From: Microcoleus sp.
GTDB lineage: Bacteria > Cyanobacteriota > Cyanobacteriia > Cyanobacteriales > Microcoleaceae
Length of the DNA stretch: 64,000 nt
Reading direction: 5' to 3'
Assembly (NCBI GenBank): GCA_042408215.1
Contig: JAYFMW010000029.1
Span: 32,001-96,000 of the forward strand
This document shows, in pieces, positions 33,891 to 44,713 of this stretch. Numbering within the stretch: position 1 is the first letter of the stretch; each line of letters opens with the position of its first letter. The translations under genes were made by a program, and so were the position numbers. The notes below the pieces were generated by a model. It was not told where the DNA came from. It ran no database searches and saw only the letters and a list, made by a program, of their open reading frames with translations.

Positions 33891-35069
33891 ACCCCGCAAT
33901 AAATTGACGGGGCTTGAGCCGAGATCGAGCGCACCGAACAAAATACAATTGACCTTGTAGTTGACACGCTATCCCCGGACTTTCGGGCTGACTTACCGAC
34001 AACCCCAAAGCAGCAATATTCTTAGCCGCATTCACATCAGGATCATGTTCAAGCCCACAATGCCCACACTTAAATTGCTTCCCATTGCGATAACTCTTCC
34101 CCTGTTTGGGGTGAATGTGGCCGCAACGGGAACAGGTCTGACTGGTGTAGGCTGGTGGAACACACACAACGAGTACACCTGCAATCGCAGCCTTGTAGTG
34201 CACGAACATCCTCAGTTGGTAAAACGCCCAGTTATTGGTGCGTCTACCCTCAGTCTTGGTTCTCGGCCGGGCGTTGAGACTGTCACGAATTCCGCTCAAA
34301 TCTTCAAACGCAATGCTCTGTTTTGTTTCGTTCACCAGTTGTTTGCTGATGTTGTGATTCAGCCAATGCATGAAAGCGTTGTTCTCTGCCAGAGAGCCTT
34401 CTCAGAAGTCGCCGGGAATTCCGAGTGGGTTTACGTCGAACATTCCCTCTGACCTTGCTATAGCGGTCACGAGTGGCTTGAATCTTGTTGCCACTCCAAC
34501 TGTTTCCAGTGCTGGTAGTGGCGATGTCTCTAGGTCCCAAGTCCACACCGATTACTTTGGGTTTTTTGCCCGTTGGGTCGCTGGGAATGTCAACGCAGAT
34601 ATTGATGTAGCAGTCTCCTTTCTTGGTTTTCTTCAGGGTTGCAGCCGTGGGAGTTTGACCACGGAGCAAGGCAATCCGATCGCCGCCGATGGAGACTTTG
34701 AACTGTTTGCGTCCGAAGCCGGGGCGTCACCCCAAGGGTTTGCGTTTCCTCGAAGTAGCTGAAGGTGCGAAGGTCGAGGTCGATCGAGGTGGGGCGAAAC
34801 TTGTGGACTTGTTTAACCGCTTTTGCATTACCGATCGCGCGACGAATCCCTTGACAAACATGGTTCGCCTTCAATCCCGTTGCTGCTCTCACTGGCTTGT
34901 AGGTCAGGTGATGCAACTTGGTTGTGTTCCACTGTTTATTCGCTTTAGCCTCTTTTGCAACGTCAAGAATCTGATTGCAAGCGTCAGCAAACCGCTCAAG
35001 AGTCAAGTCAATATCTTGACACAACTCTTGAGGGACTATCAGCTTGCATTTAACAGATCTGGTCTGCAT
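33889..35069 (-). pseudogene. tnpB: IS200/IS605 TnpB with two +1 frameshifts (about 34722 and 34374); catalytic motifs intact
   Basis: GVDLG, AFEDL, YTSQTCSRC, CGHC, DVNAAKNI across three frames. Confidence 0.85.
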
Positions 35070-35106
35070 TTAAAGAACATAAAAACTCATCCAGTGCAAT
35101 TCTACA
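33891..35106 (-). mobile_element. Solo-tnpB IS200/IS605 element inserted in the putative 6S RNA gene (junctions +/-4 nt)
   Basis: Right-end hairpin CCCCGTCAATTTATTGCGGGG at 33892-33912; flanks rejoin into one RNA. Confidence 0.7.
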
Positions 35107-35180
35107 ACAAAGGCTCTCCGGCTACCAGAGCTGTTCGACAGCCGCTCGTTGTGTTTTCCTCCGAGTGAGTCAAGCAACTC
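35107..35180 (-). ncRNA. ssrS: 6S RNA, 5' half
   Basis: GTTGCTTGACTCACTCGGAGGAAAACACAA...GGTAGCCGGAGAGCC pairs with the 3' half. Confidence 0.7.
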
Positions 35181-35207
35181 GATTTCCAACACTATCGGAC
35201 TTTTATT

Positions 35208-36425
35208 ATGAGTTTATCTTTTAAGCAGTTGACACTTTATCTGACTTTGCTGTCGATTGGGGGAGGCCTAGGATGCTTGGGCAATCGCTATCTGCAAAGC
35301 CCAAACGGTCTGGAAACTAGGTCGGTTTTGCCCGTGGTGCGCCAGCAAATCCCGCCCGATGTGTCTCCTCAAGTGCCGTCCAATCGCGCAGTCGATCGCA
35401 GCAATCCCAATTTTATTGCCGAAGCAGCGGAAAAAGTCGGGCCCAGCGTGGTGCGGATTGACGCTACCACCAAGGTGGCTTCTCAAGTGCCGGAAGCTTT
35501 CAAAAATCCTTTGTTTCGCAGGTTTTTTGGGGACAATTTGCCGGTACCGGAAGACAAAATTAAGCGGGGTACGGGTTCGGGGTTTATTCTCACTCCTGAC
35601 GGCCGCATAGTTACTAATGCTCATGTCCTGTCCGGGACGGATACTGTGAAGGTGACTCTCAAAGACGGCCGGGAGTTTGAGGGTAAGGTGCAGGGGGTCG
35701 ATTTGCTGACGGATGTGGCTGTTGTGAAGATTAATGCCAAGGACTTGCCCCAGGTGGCTTTGGGCCGATCGGACAATATTGTACCGGGACAATGGGCGAT
35801 CGCGATCGGCAATCCCTTGGGTCTTGACAATACAGTGACTGTGGGCATTATCAGCGCTACAGGTCGATCGAGCTCTCAAGTAGGCATCCCCGACAAACGA
35901 GTCCGCTTCATCCAAACCGATGCCGCCATCAACCCCGGCAATTCTGGCGGGCCGCTGCTGAACGACCAAGGCGAAGTAATTGGCATCAATACCGCCATTC
36001 GCGCCGACGCTCAAGGCTTGGGGTTTGCAATTCCGATCGAAACCGCCAAACGAGTTTCCGACCAGCTATTCGCCAAAGGTAAAGCCGAACACCCCTATCT
36101 CGGCATTCAAATGGTGAGTTTGAATCCCACTACAAAGGCAGAAGTCAACAAACAGCTTAATAGCAAGATTGCCCTGGATCAAGGCGTAGCCGTGACGCGA
36201 GTCGTTGAAAATTCCCCAGCTCAAAAAGCGGACTTGCGTGCGGGAGATGTGATTCAAAAACTTGACGGTGTTGCCGTTAACTCTCCAGGAGACGTGCAGG
36301 AAATTGTGGAAAACACTGCTGTCGGCCAAGAACTCGAAGTGGAAATTAACCGTCTGGGTCAAGTTCAGAAAGTTAAAGTGCGTCCCGGCGCTTTTCCCCT
36401 ATCGGGGAGTGCAACTGGTGGATAG
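35208..36425 (+). CDS. HtrA/Deg serine protease with PDZ domain (HhoA/HhoB type)
   Basis: TNAHV, DVAVVK, GNSGGPL, PDZ. Confidence 0.95.
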   Translation: MSLSFKQLTLYLTLLSIGGGLGCLGNRYLQSPNGLETRSVLPVVRQQIPPDVSPQVPSNRAVDRSNPNFIAEAAEKVGPSVVRIDATTKVASQVPEAFKNPLFRRFFGDNLPVPEDKIKRGTGSGFILTPDGRIVTNAHVLSGTDTVKVTLKDGREFEGKVQGVDLLTDVAVVKINAKDLPQVALGRSDNIVPGQWAIAIGNPLGLDNTVTVGIISATGRSSSQVGIPDKRVRFIQTDAAINPGNSGGPLLNDQGEVIGINTAIRADAQGLGFAIPIETAKRVSDQLFAKGKAEHPYLGIQMVSLNPTTKAEVNKQLNSKIALDQGVAVTRVVENSPAQKADLRAGDVIQKLDGVAVNSPGDVQEIVENTAVGQELEVEINRLGQVQKVKVRPGAFPLSGSATGG

Positions 36426-36515
36426 TTGCAGGTGTGGAGGATGAAGGATGAATCTGATTTTTGATGGGTTTGGCAAAAATTTTCATCCTTCTACTTTCCC
36501 AACCAGTTCATCTTT

Positions 36516-36863
36516 TCACTTTTCTTTGGGAGAATTTGGTTGAATCGAGCTGGTGCTTGCCAAATTTTCTTCTAGCTGCATCCTCTGCTCCATTTGCCTG
36601 AGAAAATAACCAGTCATCATCGCTGAAGCTAGCAAACCTGCTAAGTTTTCGCGGTCCGTTGTAATTTGGACGTTAAAATTGTCTGAAGGCAAGACGCCTA
36701 CAAGTCCTTGAACGTTGTGAGAGATAATTTCTTTGATTTCTGGGCTGACGGACTTGGCGACGCGGGCTAGAACCTCTGGGGATTGGTGTTGGAGGTACTT
36801 CAGAAGTGGATTAGCTGCGGTTTGTTGGGCATTGGAATTATCAAAGTCAGGGTGAAAAACCAT
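36516..36863 (-). CDS. DUF760 family protein
   Basis: NPLLKYLQ, LAGLLASAMMTGYFLR. Confidence 0.85.
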   Translation of the reverse strand: MVFHPDFDNSNAQQTAANPLLKYLQHQSPEVLARVAKSVSPEIKEIISHNVQGLVGVLPSDNFNVQITTDRENLAGLLASAMMTGYFLRQMEQRMQLEENLASTSSIQPNSPKEK

Positions 36864-36905
36864 TGGGCGATTCTTAATTTCTGGCTTATTATATTCTACT
36901 TCACA

Positions 36906-37421
36906 CTATTCGTCATTGCTTGGGTACTGATTTGCCTGAAAGTCAATTTGTAGTTGTTTCGGCAGTTGGTCTACTTGAAAATACCGATGAAATTTGTCGG
37001 TAACTTGTAGCCAATAAGAGCGACTCTCCTTTGGCCGCCGTTTGCGTACAAAACCGAGTTCGACCAGCTCTTGCACTTGCTGGTAAGCGCCGGAACCTCG
37101 CAAGTTAACTAAATCTGGCTGGGCGATACCTCCTTTGAGGGCGATCGCAGCTAGCGTCCGCAGAGCTCCAATACCTAATTCTGGAGGTATCAAAGTTTGC
37201 ATTAAACTGGCAAACTCTTCCCTCAGTTGCAGGCTGTATCCTGTGGGAGTTTCGACTACTTCTAAGGCACTGTCTCCCTGAGCAGAGTCAGACATCAGTT
37301 CGATCAGCGCGTCTTCAGCTTCGGATCGATCGCATTTAGCAAGGTCAGCAATCTCTGCTATTGAGACTGGCTGACCTTTTAGGTAAAGTATGGCTTCTAT
37401 TGTGGTTGCTAAGCGAGTCAT
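36906..37421 (-). CDS. scpB: SMC-Scp complex subunit ScpB
   Basis: [23 protein letters not shown]. Confidence 0.9.
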   Translation of the reverse strand: MTRLATTIEAILYLKGQPVSIAEIADLAKCDRSEAEDALIELMSDSAQGDSALEVVETPTGYSLQLREEFASLMQTLIPPELGIGALRTLAAIALKGGIAQPDLVNLRGSGAYQQVQELVELGFVRKRRPKESRSYWLQVTDKFHRYFQVDQLPKQLQIDFQANQYPSNDE

Positions 37422-37640
37422 TTGGGAATTGGGAATTGGGAATCGGGAATCGGGAATCGGGAATCGGGAATCGGGAATCGGGAATCGGGAATGGGGAATG
37501 GGGAATCGGGAATCGGGAATCGGGAATCGGGAATGGGGAATGGGGAATCGGGAATGGGGAATGGGGAATCGGGAATCGGGAATCGGGAATCGGGAATCGG
37601 GAATCGGGAATGGGGAATCGGGAATCGGGAATGGGGAATG
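37422..37640. repeat. Heptamer STRR (GGGAATC/GGGGAAT)
   Basis: Visible tandem array. Confidence 0.95.
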
Positions 37641-37830
37641 GGTGTCAACTTAACGTCAAACGTAGTACCGGTCTGCTGTTTGACTATTAGGGTTCGATCC
37701 CCCCTAGCCCCCCTTAAGAAGGGGGGGACAGGAGTCTTCTCAAAGTCCCCCAACAATCAGGGGGATTTAGGGGGATCGAAACTTCGATATAAATGAGAGA
37801 GACAGAGGATTTCAGTCTTAAGTTGACACC
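37641..37830. mobile_element. 190-bp MITE, 13-bp TIR GGTGTCAACTTAA, AATG duplication
   Basis: Perfect TIRs flanked by AATG on both sides. Confidence 0.85.
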
Positions 37831-37913
37831 AATGGGAATAAACATCTCTCTTACACAAATCTAAAATAATTGCTCACAGCCTGCGCCGGGGAGAGTGGAT
37901 AAAGTTGCAACAC

Positions 37914-38573
37914 TTATTGTGGTTTAGTTAAATCAGGTTTCAATTCCATCATCCGGCTATCAAGTTTGCGCGCTGCTTCGCTAATCGTTATAGTTGGCTT
38001 CATGCCATCGAGATATATAATCGCCATAAAAGCCCCTATTTTTCCCCGTCGAAATATAGCAAAATCTACATTCATGGGTATATTTTCTATTTTTCCTTGA
38101 GTTGTCCACCCAGCCGATACCTCGCCAATATTGTCTTGCAAAGTTAAAGCGGTGGGATTAGTGAACTGCGATTCCTTGTTACTGTTTAAACCTTCAGAGA
38201 ATGCTTTTGCCGCAGTCCCTTCACGGATGGCCTCATCAAAGTTAGCTTGTTGCATCGGATCTGACAGTTGCGTTGTAAATCCTATCAGCAATTGAAACTG
38301 CTTGTCATCAATTTTTTGGTAAGCGAAGACGCTTGCTGGCTTGCTGAGTTGATTTTTGAATTTTGCCGCCCCGGATGACATCTCTGTAAAACCCGGAGGT
38401 AAGTCTTGTAAAGTAAGAACTAGATTGGATAAGTCACCTCCGGGAGCTGGAATATCCGCCGAATGAGTATTGCTGCGATCGATTCCTGGATTGGCGATCG
38501 ACATTTTTGCCAATCCACCACCGAAGGTAGAACTAATTAGCAAACACGCTAAAATACACGCTTTTTTGTTCAT
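37914..38573 (-). CDS. Secreted hypothetical protein
   Basis: Signal-like N-terminus, LTLQDLPPGF motif. Confidence 0.7.
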   Translation of the reverse strand: MNKKACILACLLISSTFGGGLAKMSIANPGIDRSNTHSADIPAPGGDLSNLVLTLQDLPPGFTEMSSGAAKFKNQLSKPASVFAYQKIDDKQFQLLIGFTTQLSDPMQQANFDEAIREGTAAKAFSEGLNSNKESQFTNPTALTLQDNIGEVSAGWTTQGKIENIPMNVDFAIFRRGKIGAFMAIIYLDGMKPTITISEAARKLDSRMMELKPDLTKPQ

Positions 38574-38706
38574 TCTTTGATGCCGTTGCTATCCACTCAA
38601 CTTCAGTTTCAAAGTGTTAATATTCCCAAGTTACCTCAATATCAAATCCGGCGCAACAGCCACGAATCATGCTCAATAAATTCGGCGAAGTGTGGCTGGT
38701 AAATTT

Positions 38707-38964
38707 TCACGAATAACTGTCGGTTTCTAACTCCTCTAGTTCTTGCGTAGACTGCCATCCAGCTTGCCAGAGCGATCGATCTTTTAGCTGTTGGGCGTTC
38801 AACCAAAAACGGACATTTGGATCGCAAGCAGCCACCATTTCCGCAAATACCCATTTACCTTCGTTTTTTCTGTTGACTACTTGAAAGTGCCGCCACCCCC
38901 AAGTTTTTTGGTGAGCCGTCCATTTGGAACCGACTAAATAAGGAAATTTTTGTTTTTTTTGCAC
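38707..38964 (-). CDS. Trp-rich conserved protein (TIGR02450 family)
   Basis: LVGSKWTA...GWRHF...W.AGW. Confidence 0.85.
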   Translation of the reverse strand: MQKKQKFPYLVGSKWTAHQKTWGWRHFQVVNRKNEGKWVFAEMVAACDPNVRFWLNAQQLKDRSLWQAGWQSTQELEELETDSYS

Positions 38965-39486
38965 TGTATTTTTGTTGATAAATATGTTAAAAATTTAGTT
39001 AATTGTCATAACTCGTTCAGTTTTATTATATTAATAATCCCTCAAATTTATTCGGGATTTTCATCGAAAAAAAGCGAACACAATGTACGTTATCAAATCT
39101 ACCCCTCTTCAAAAATAAGATAATGACAAAGCTGGTTAGCGCATACATTTGGTATAGTTTCAAAACTCAAATCCCAGTCATCGTTTATGTTCGACCTAGT
39201 AAATGCTATCGAGAGGACTTGCCCACTTTCTACAAGGGATTTAACACTTACCTCAACTTCACTATTCTTCACTCCAGCACATCCTGATTTTTTGTGCTTT
39301 TTTGGACGAATATTGCTTTGTTTGCAACTTGGCGCATCAAACTTTTGACTACAATAACATTCTATATTTTTAGGTTCGATCATTTTAAATCCAACTTAAT
39401 GTGGCTTTCTTGTCGCCCGTTAACCGAAGCGGTATAACGGGGGAGAACGTCACTTAGTACCATTGATACATTATTATACCTTCTTT

Positions 39487-39586
39487 TACACTTTGCCAAT
39501 CCACCAGAACCAGTTAAAACAGGCAATTCCGTTTCTTTTAGCCTTCTGAACAACGCCCATTGAGTTGAATTCAAATCGGCAACAGT
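39487..39586 (-). pseudogene. Fragment of an IscB-like nuclease gene
   Basis: NSTQWALFRRLKETELPVLTGSGGLAK resembles the IscB post-HNH segment. Confidence 0.55.
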
Positions 39587-40251
39587 TTTTGACAAAAAAT
39601 TACCAGGAAATAGGTGCAGTCCTTACCAATGTTCTAATATAGCCCTTCTCTGTTCAATGAGGTACGCTTGGGGATAGGGCATAGGGCATAGGGCCTAGGG
39701 CCTAGGGCATCGATCGGCTTGTACCTCATGGGGTTGAAAACCGCTATATTATGCCAGAGCAATATCTCAATTTTGCCAAGGCTACAAGTGGAGCGAAAAA
39801 TCCGACCTGGAACAGTTGACAAAATCTTGATTTGTTGTTGCCCTTTCATAAATCAGAGTAGAACAGAACCCTGTTTGCAAGTACAGCCGTTAATTGTAAC
39901 TTGCATGAGTTGCACATGAGGGTTCAAAAGTAGGGGCAGTTAAGTTCACTGCCCCTGTAAATATTTATACCTATTGAATAGGGATTATTTTCGAGCCGAT
40001 CCACAAATAGAAAATTGATCCAACATGAGATCAATCGTGAATCTCAAATCTAAAAGCAATTAACACAGGTTATAGTTGTGGACGATCATCCGTTCTATGA
40101 AACTTACTCAAACCTACTGATCGTAAGTTGATGTTCTCGAACTGCTTCATCCTAGGGGGCGGCACCTTCTAGTTCACAGGCGTAATTTCAGGCGGAACTC
40201 TCCCTCATGTATGCCAGCAATCTGAAAGCATCTCCCTTGATTATTTAGCTG

Positions 40252-40476
40252 TTAAGGCTTTTGCCCAGATAAATCCAGAGGAAGTTGGGGAAGCCGGAGT
40301 CGCACAGCATTTGTTTGTAGCCAGAGGGTAATAGCGTGCTTCCGCTGCGGAGTCACGTACTCTCCTGGTCTGATCACGCCAGCACAGACGCCGATGTTTT
40401 TAATAAGGGTTTCTCGCTCCGATGAACTTGCACCCTGTAGCAACCTGACTTGGGCTTTGATAAAATCCACGTTCAT
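40252..40476 (-). CDS. Small hypothetical protein
   Basis: 74-aa ATG ORF in otherwise empty space. Confidence 0.4.
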   Translation of the reverse strand: MNVDFIKAQVRLLQGASSSERETLIKNIGVCAGVIRPGEYVTPQRKHAITLWLQTNAVRLRLPQLPLDLSGQKP

Positions 40477-41209
40477 AGCTGAAAGTAAAATTAAGTAAAG
40501 AACTCAGTTAAATAGCGATGCTTTGATTCCAATTGTAACTCTAAAACCACTTTGTATGAATCAAATTGAGTCAAGCTCCCCTGGATGGGGATCGTGGTGT
40601 CTAGAGCTAGGCAACTTTATTTACTTTATCTGTTTTTGCTAGCAAAAGTGTCACCATGCTAGCAGTCTTGAAAGAATTATATATAGTTAAGAACTGTAAC
40701 AAATTTGAGTCAAATACAACAAGACAGTAGAATTTAGTGGTAACGCTACCCCCCTTGAACTCAAAAAGTTCAACAGGAGATCCTGCTCCTTACCTTCCTA
40801 GGTTTTACCCCCTGATTGTCAATCGCGATCGCACCCCCAACAGTCCTCTTCGATCGTCTCCCCCCTTTGCACCCGCACACTGCCACCTCACCCTGTTTAT
40901 TTATACTTACCGATCTGAGTCTGGTTTGACTATAACCTAAGGCATAGGTGTTATGGTCGCGGTATCATAACCCACCAACTTTCTGTTCTTGTTGCCCAAT
41001 TGTATAGTGCTTTACAAATCTTGCTTGTGTCCTTTTTTGTCTTAAAGAATGCCCAGCGCGTGATGTTAACGGCAAGTTGTACAGCAGGATCAGCTTGCGA
41101 ATATCCACATTTTGCTGTATAGGCGGTGAAACTGTTTTCCAAATTCCTTGGGGCGATAGCGAAGGGACTAGAATTGCCAGGCCAGGGCTGATTTTGTATA
41201 ACTTATAAC

Positions 41210-41408
41210 GAATTGGGAATGGGGAATGGGGAATAGGGAATGGGGAATGGGGAATTGGTAATTGGGGAATGGGGAATTGGGAATGGGGAATTGGGAATTG
41301 GGAATGGGGAATTGGGAATAGGGAATAGGGAATGGGGAATGGGGAATTGGTAATTGGGGAATGGGGAATTGGGAATGGGGAATTGGGAATGGGGAATTGG
41401 GAATTGGG
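41210..41408. repeat. Heptamer STRR (GGGAATT/GGGGAAT)
   Basis: Visible tandem array. Confidence 0.93.
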
Positions 41409-41728
41409 AGCATTACACACCCAATTGAAAAGTGCTATATTAGCTGGAATTGCAATTGTAAATAAAAACGAACCCAGTTGCAGAAAATAAAAAAACCCGC
41501 TCTTTTAGAGTCGGGAATTGGGAATTATAGCCGAAGGCACTTATGCACTTATGCGCTCAGTAAAATGCAGTTCTTGAGCAATGGTGCCCGCCCGCCAGAA
41601 TGTGCTCATCGCCTTGCCAATTGCTTTACAAGCTTTGATCTTGGAACTTTGAGTTATGAGTCATGAGTGACAATTTAAACTTTATTACCTCACAATTCAT
41701 AACTCAAAACTCATAACCTTTACATCAA

Positions 41729-43579
41729 TCAACCCTTCTTCTGGGGTGGCAGCTTAGTTTTCCAATTGGCGATCGCCTTCTGAGCAGGTTGATAACTCTT
41801 GGTACCAGACGGCACCAGCGAAGCAGCTTGAACTGCCTCTTTCAGCCGGCCTTGAGAACTGCGTAACTGAGCAATCTTGAAAATAGTTTCGCTCCACTCT
41901 CCTATCAATCGCTGAGCTTCTTCATACTTCGGCTGACCGGACTTAATTTGATTAGCTTTCTGGATGCCCTTACTGTAAGAAGAGACATCGCCCCGCTTAA
42001 TTTGTGCCTTCGCAGCAGATAGCAGAGCCACATTGATCTGCTGTTCTTTGGATAGCTCCTTCCACTGTGCGATCGCCTCCTGAGACTGATTGTAAGCCGG
42101 CTTATTGAGATCAGGCATCAATTTAGCCGCCCCGATCGCCCCCTGGAAATCGCCCCGAGCCGCCCGCCCGTTAGCTATATCCAAAATCGTCAAACTCCAG
42201 CGATCTATATCCTGCTGAGCCTGCGGGTAAAGCGGATCGGTAGGCGGAATCGTTCGAGCCACTTCCACCGCTTTATTAAAACTCGAAGCCGAACCATCCT
42301 TGAGGAAAGTTTTCGCCTCAGCCCACACCTGCTGGCTCGACGGCTGCGGCTTGCTTTGGGTGCGGGCCGGTACAATCGTCGGGTTGTTCTGCGCTCTACT
42401 GGCACCAGCAGACCTTTGAGGCGGAGGATTCTGGGCCTTCTGGGCCCTCGTGGGAGGGTTTCCTTCCTGCTGGCCTACAAAAATTGACCGATTCGTCACA
42501 AACACACCCAACAACAGCACCAGAGCCGTAGCTCCGCTCCACAAAATTAGCTGCTGCAAAAATGACTTGTCCGACCCCACAGGCTCCAAATCCTCCGGCT
42601 TTTGCAAATTCGGTCGCTCCTCACCCCCGTCCGTCGGCCGGACTGTATTCGGTGCAGATACCTGACTCGGCATCTGGGCTGGCGATTCCTCAGAAGTACG
42701 AGCCGCCGCCGGCAACTCCTCTTTGACAAACAACTGAGCCGTCGCCGTGGCCATTTGCGGGCGATCGTACCCATTAATCTCGGCCCCAACCGCCACATTG
42801 CCGTTGCGTCCCGCCAACGCAGTAGTTGGCATCTCAGAGACATCCGGCAAAATCACCAAATGAGCTTTTCCCGGAGGATTCACCACCATCAAAGGTTCCT
42901 GTTTGGGACGCAAATGGTGGTCGCACAGCTCAGGCAGTCGATCGCTCAAAAAGCGGTCTAAACCCTTAACCGTCATGCACTGGCCCGATCGCAGCCCCTC
43001 CAAAAGCGCCGTCGTAAAAAACCCTTGGCGGAGAGCAGAAGTTTCCCGCGAAACTTGATTCGGGCGACAAGAAAGCAGCGTGGGAATTTCCAAATCCCGC
43101 GCCAACTGGGCCGTTTCCACCCCGATAGTTTCCCCCGCTTTCACGCTCTGGCTGCGGTTCATGTCAACCAGCACCAACACCGTTTCCGTAGGAGCATTTT
43201 TCAGAGTATTCAACAGCAACTGTACCGGAATCCCCGTACCCTGAATGTCCGCCGGATTACCATCCACCGGCATCAAATAATCCTTGCCTTCATAGCTGAC
43301 ACCGTAGCCACTAAAAAAACACCAGAGTACATCTCCTTGTTTCAGGTGTTCGGTACACAGAGTTTCCGTCAACCTCAGAATATTTTCCCGATTTGGATAA
43401 GTTGAGTGACCCCACAGCGACGGACTCGTATCCGTCATCAGTAGACATCCATCTGGCGAAAAACCAGCCTCCTCAACCAAAAAAGCGTACAGTCCCTCTG
43501 CATCCAATGCGGCATAACTCAAAGGCTGGAGTAACTGATATTGATTAATGCCTATGGCAATACAAGCGTGATGTTTCAT
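41729..43579 (-). CDS. Caspase-like (C14) domain protein with substituted dyad, TM helix and helical repeats
   Basis: IGINQY, FSGYG (H>Y), DMNRS (C>N). Confidence 0.85.
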   Translation of the reverse strand: MKHHACIAIGINQYQLLQPLSYAALDAEGLYAFLVEEAGFSPDGCLLMTDTSPSLWGHSTYPNRENILRLTETLCTEHLKQGDVLWCFFSGYGVSYEGKDYLMPVDGNPADIQGTGIPVQLLLNTLKNAPTETVLVLVDMNRSQSVKAGETIGVETAQLARDLEIPTLLSCRPNQVSRETSALRQGFFTTALLEGLRSGQCMTVKGLDRFLSDRLPELCDHHLRPKQEPLMVVNPPGKAHLVILPDVSEMPTTALAGRNGNVAVGAEINGYDRPQMATATAQLFVKEELPAAARTSEESPAQMPSQVSAPNTVRPTDGGEERPNLQKPEDLEPVGSDKSFLQQLILWSGATALVLLLGVFVTNRSIFVGQQEGNPPTRAQKAQNPPPQRSAGASRAQNNPTIVPARTQSKPQPSSQQVWAEAKTFLKDGSASSFNKAVEVARTIPPTDPLYPQAQQDIDRWSLTILDIANGRAARGDFQGAIGAAKLMPDLNKPAYNQSQEAIAQWKELSKEQQINVALLSAAKAQIKRGDVSSYSKGIQKANQIKSGQPKYEEAQRLIGEWSETIFKIAQLRSSQGRLKEAVQAASLVPSGTKSYQPAQKAIANWKTKLPPQKKG

Positions 43580-44713
43580 AAAAAAATTCGGTAAGTGGGA
43601 AACTCAGTCACCAAGAGTGCTGAGAGGGAAACGGCAAGGCGGTTTCAACACTTCGACTTCGCGAGGGTGACCGCCGCCTTGAATCTTTCCATTACAGCGA
43701 TCGGGAATTGCTTAATGGGAGTGTACTTTTGTAATGTACTTTCAGTGGGACTCGGCGGAGTTGATCCGCTCGCGTAGCCGAAGGGCGAGCGTGCATCCCA
43801 ATTACCACTTCAAACTTCGCAATCCTGTACGCATAATGTTCGCTCCTTGCGGAGCCTCCCTTTCGGGGTAATGTTAGCTTGCCCCTTAGTTAACGGTCGG
43901 TACTATATCTAGGACACTGATTTAACTCAATAAGTCTGTTTAATCCTAGATTTCTAGAGCAGGGAACTAGCGAGAGCATTCCCTGGTAGGTCTTTAACTC
44001 TTACCGTTAACGTAGTACGCAGGGTACTGAGTCTGGTCAACTGCGATTTAAGTCTTAGGCTAGAAGCGAGCGTGTCTTTAGACCTGGGTCGTTGACCGCC
44101 TTAAATACATAGTAAACAGCTTGCACAAAACGATAACACATCGCCGCTTCAGGTTAACCCCACACAGGTAGAAGTCAATCGATTTGAGATTTGAGATTTG
44201 AGATTTGAGATTTGAGAGGCGACCCCACGGCCTGTACCGTTCTCCGGTTGCTCGGAGCGGTAAATCAACCTAATTAAACCTAAAACGCTATAGCGATGCC
44301 GCTCCCCCACAAATGAAGGCGAATTCGGGGATCTGGGTGTTCTGTTTTTTGACGTTTTTTATTTCTGGACGGATGAATCCGGGGGCAAGAGACCCTATTG
44401 CTTTCGGTCACAACCAACCAAAAACTGAAAATGCCAGAATTTTTGAGATGGCAGTCAAAAAATCTGCCCTGTACCTTTGGAATAATCAGGTTAAATTAAA
44501 TACATAGGCCGGTCAATTGGCGATCGGAGTTGATCGGCTCAAAAGACCAACAATTGCCGGCAAGCAATAGTACCTTCCCCTTGGAGGAAGTGTTCAGTGG
44601 CTACCTTGCCAAAGTTTTCGTATTTGCAAAGACAGTACCTGCCTGACTATCCTAAAACTTTGCCATTTGACCTGAATTTTCAGCAAACTACACCAAAAAG
44701 GAGTAACCTAAAT

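Noticed and set aside
33891..35106. IStron (group I intron plus IS) explanation for the 6S insertion
   Set aside because: Only ~37 nt between the junction and the tnpB start, so there is no room for an intron core
37361..37796. ORFs with GIGNRES/PIPDSRF repeats (also 40965-41420 and the start of 46763)
   Set aside because: Artefacts of heptamer STRR arrays
39099..39383. 94-aa ORF, and short ORFs at 40951-41142
   Set aside because: No recognisable family or supporting signals; not enough evidence to call
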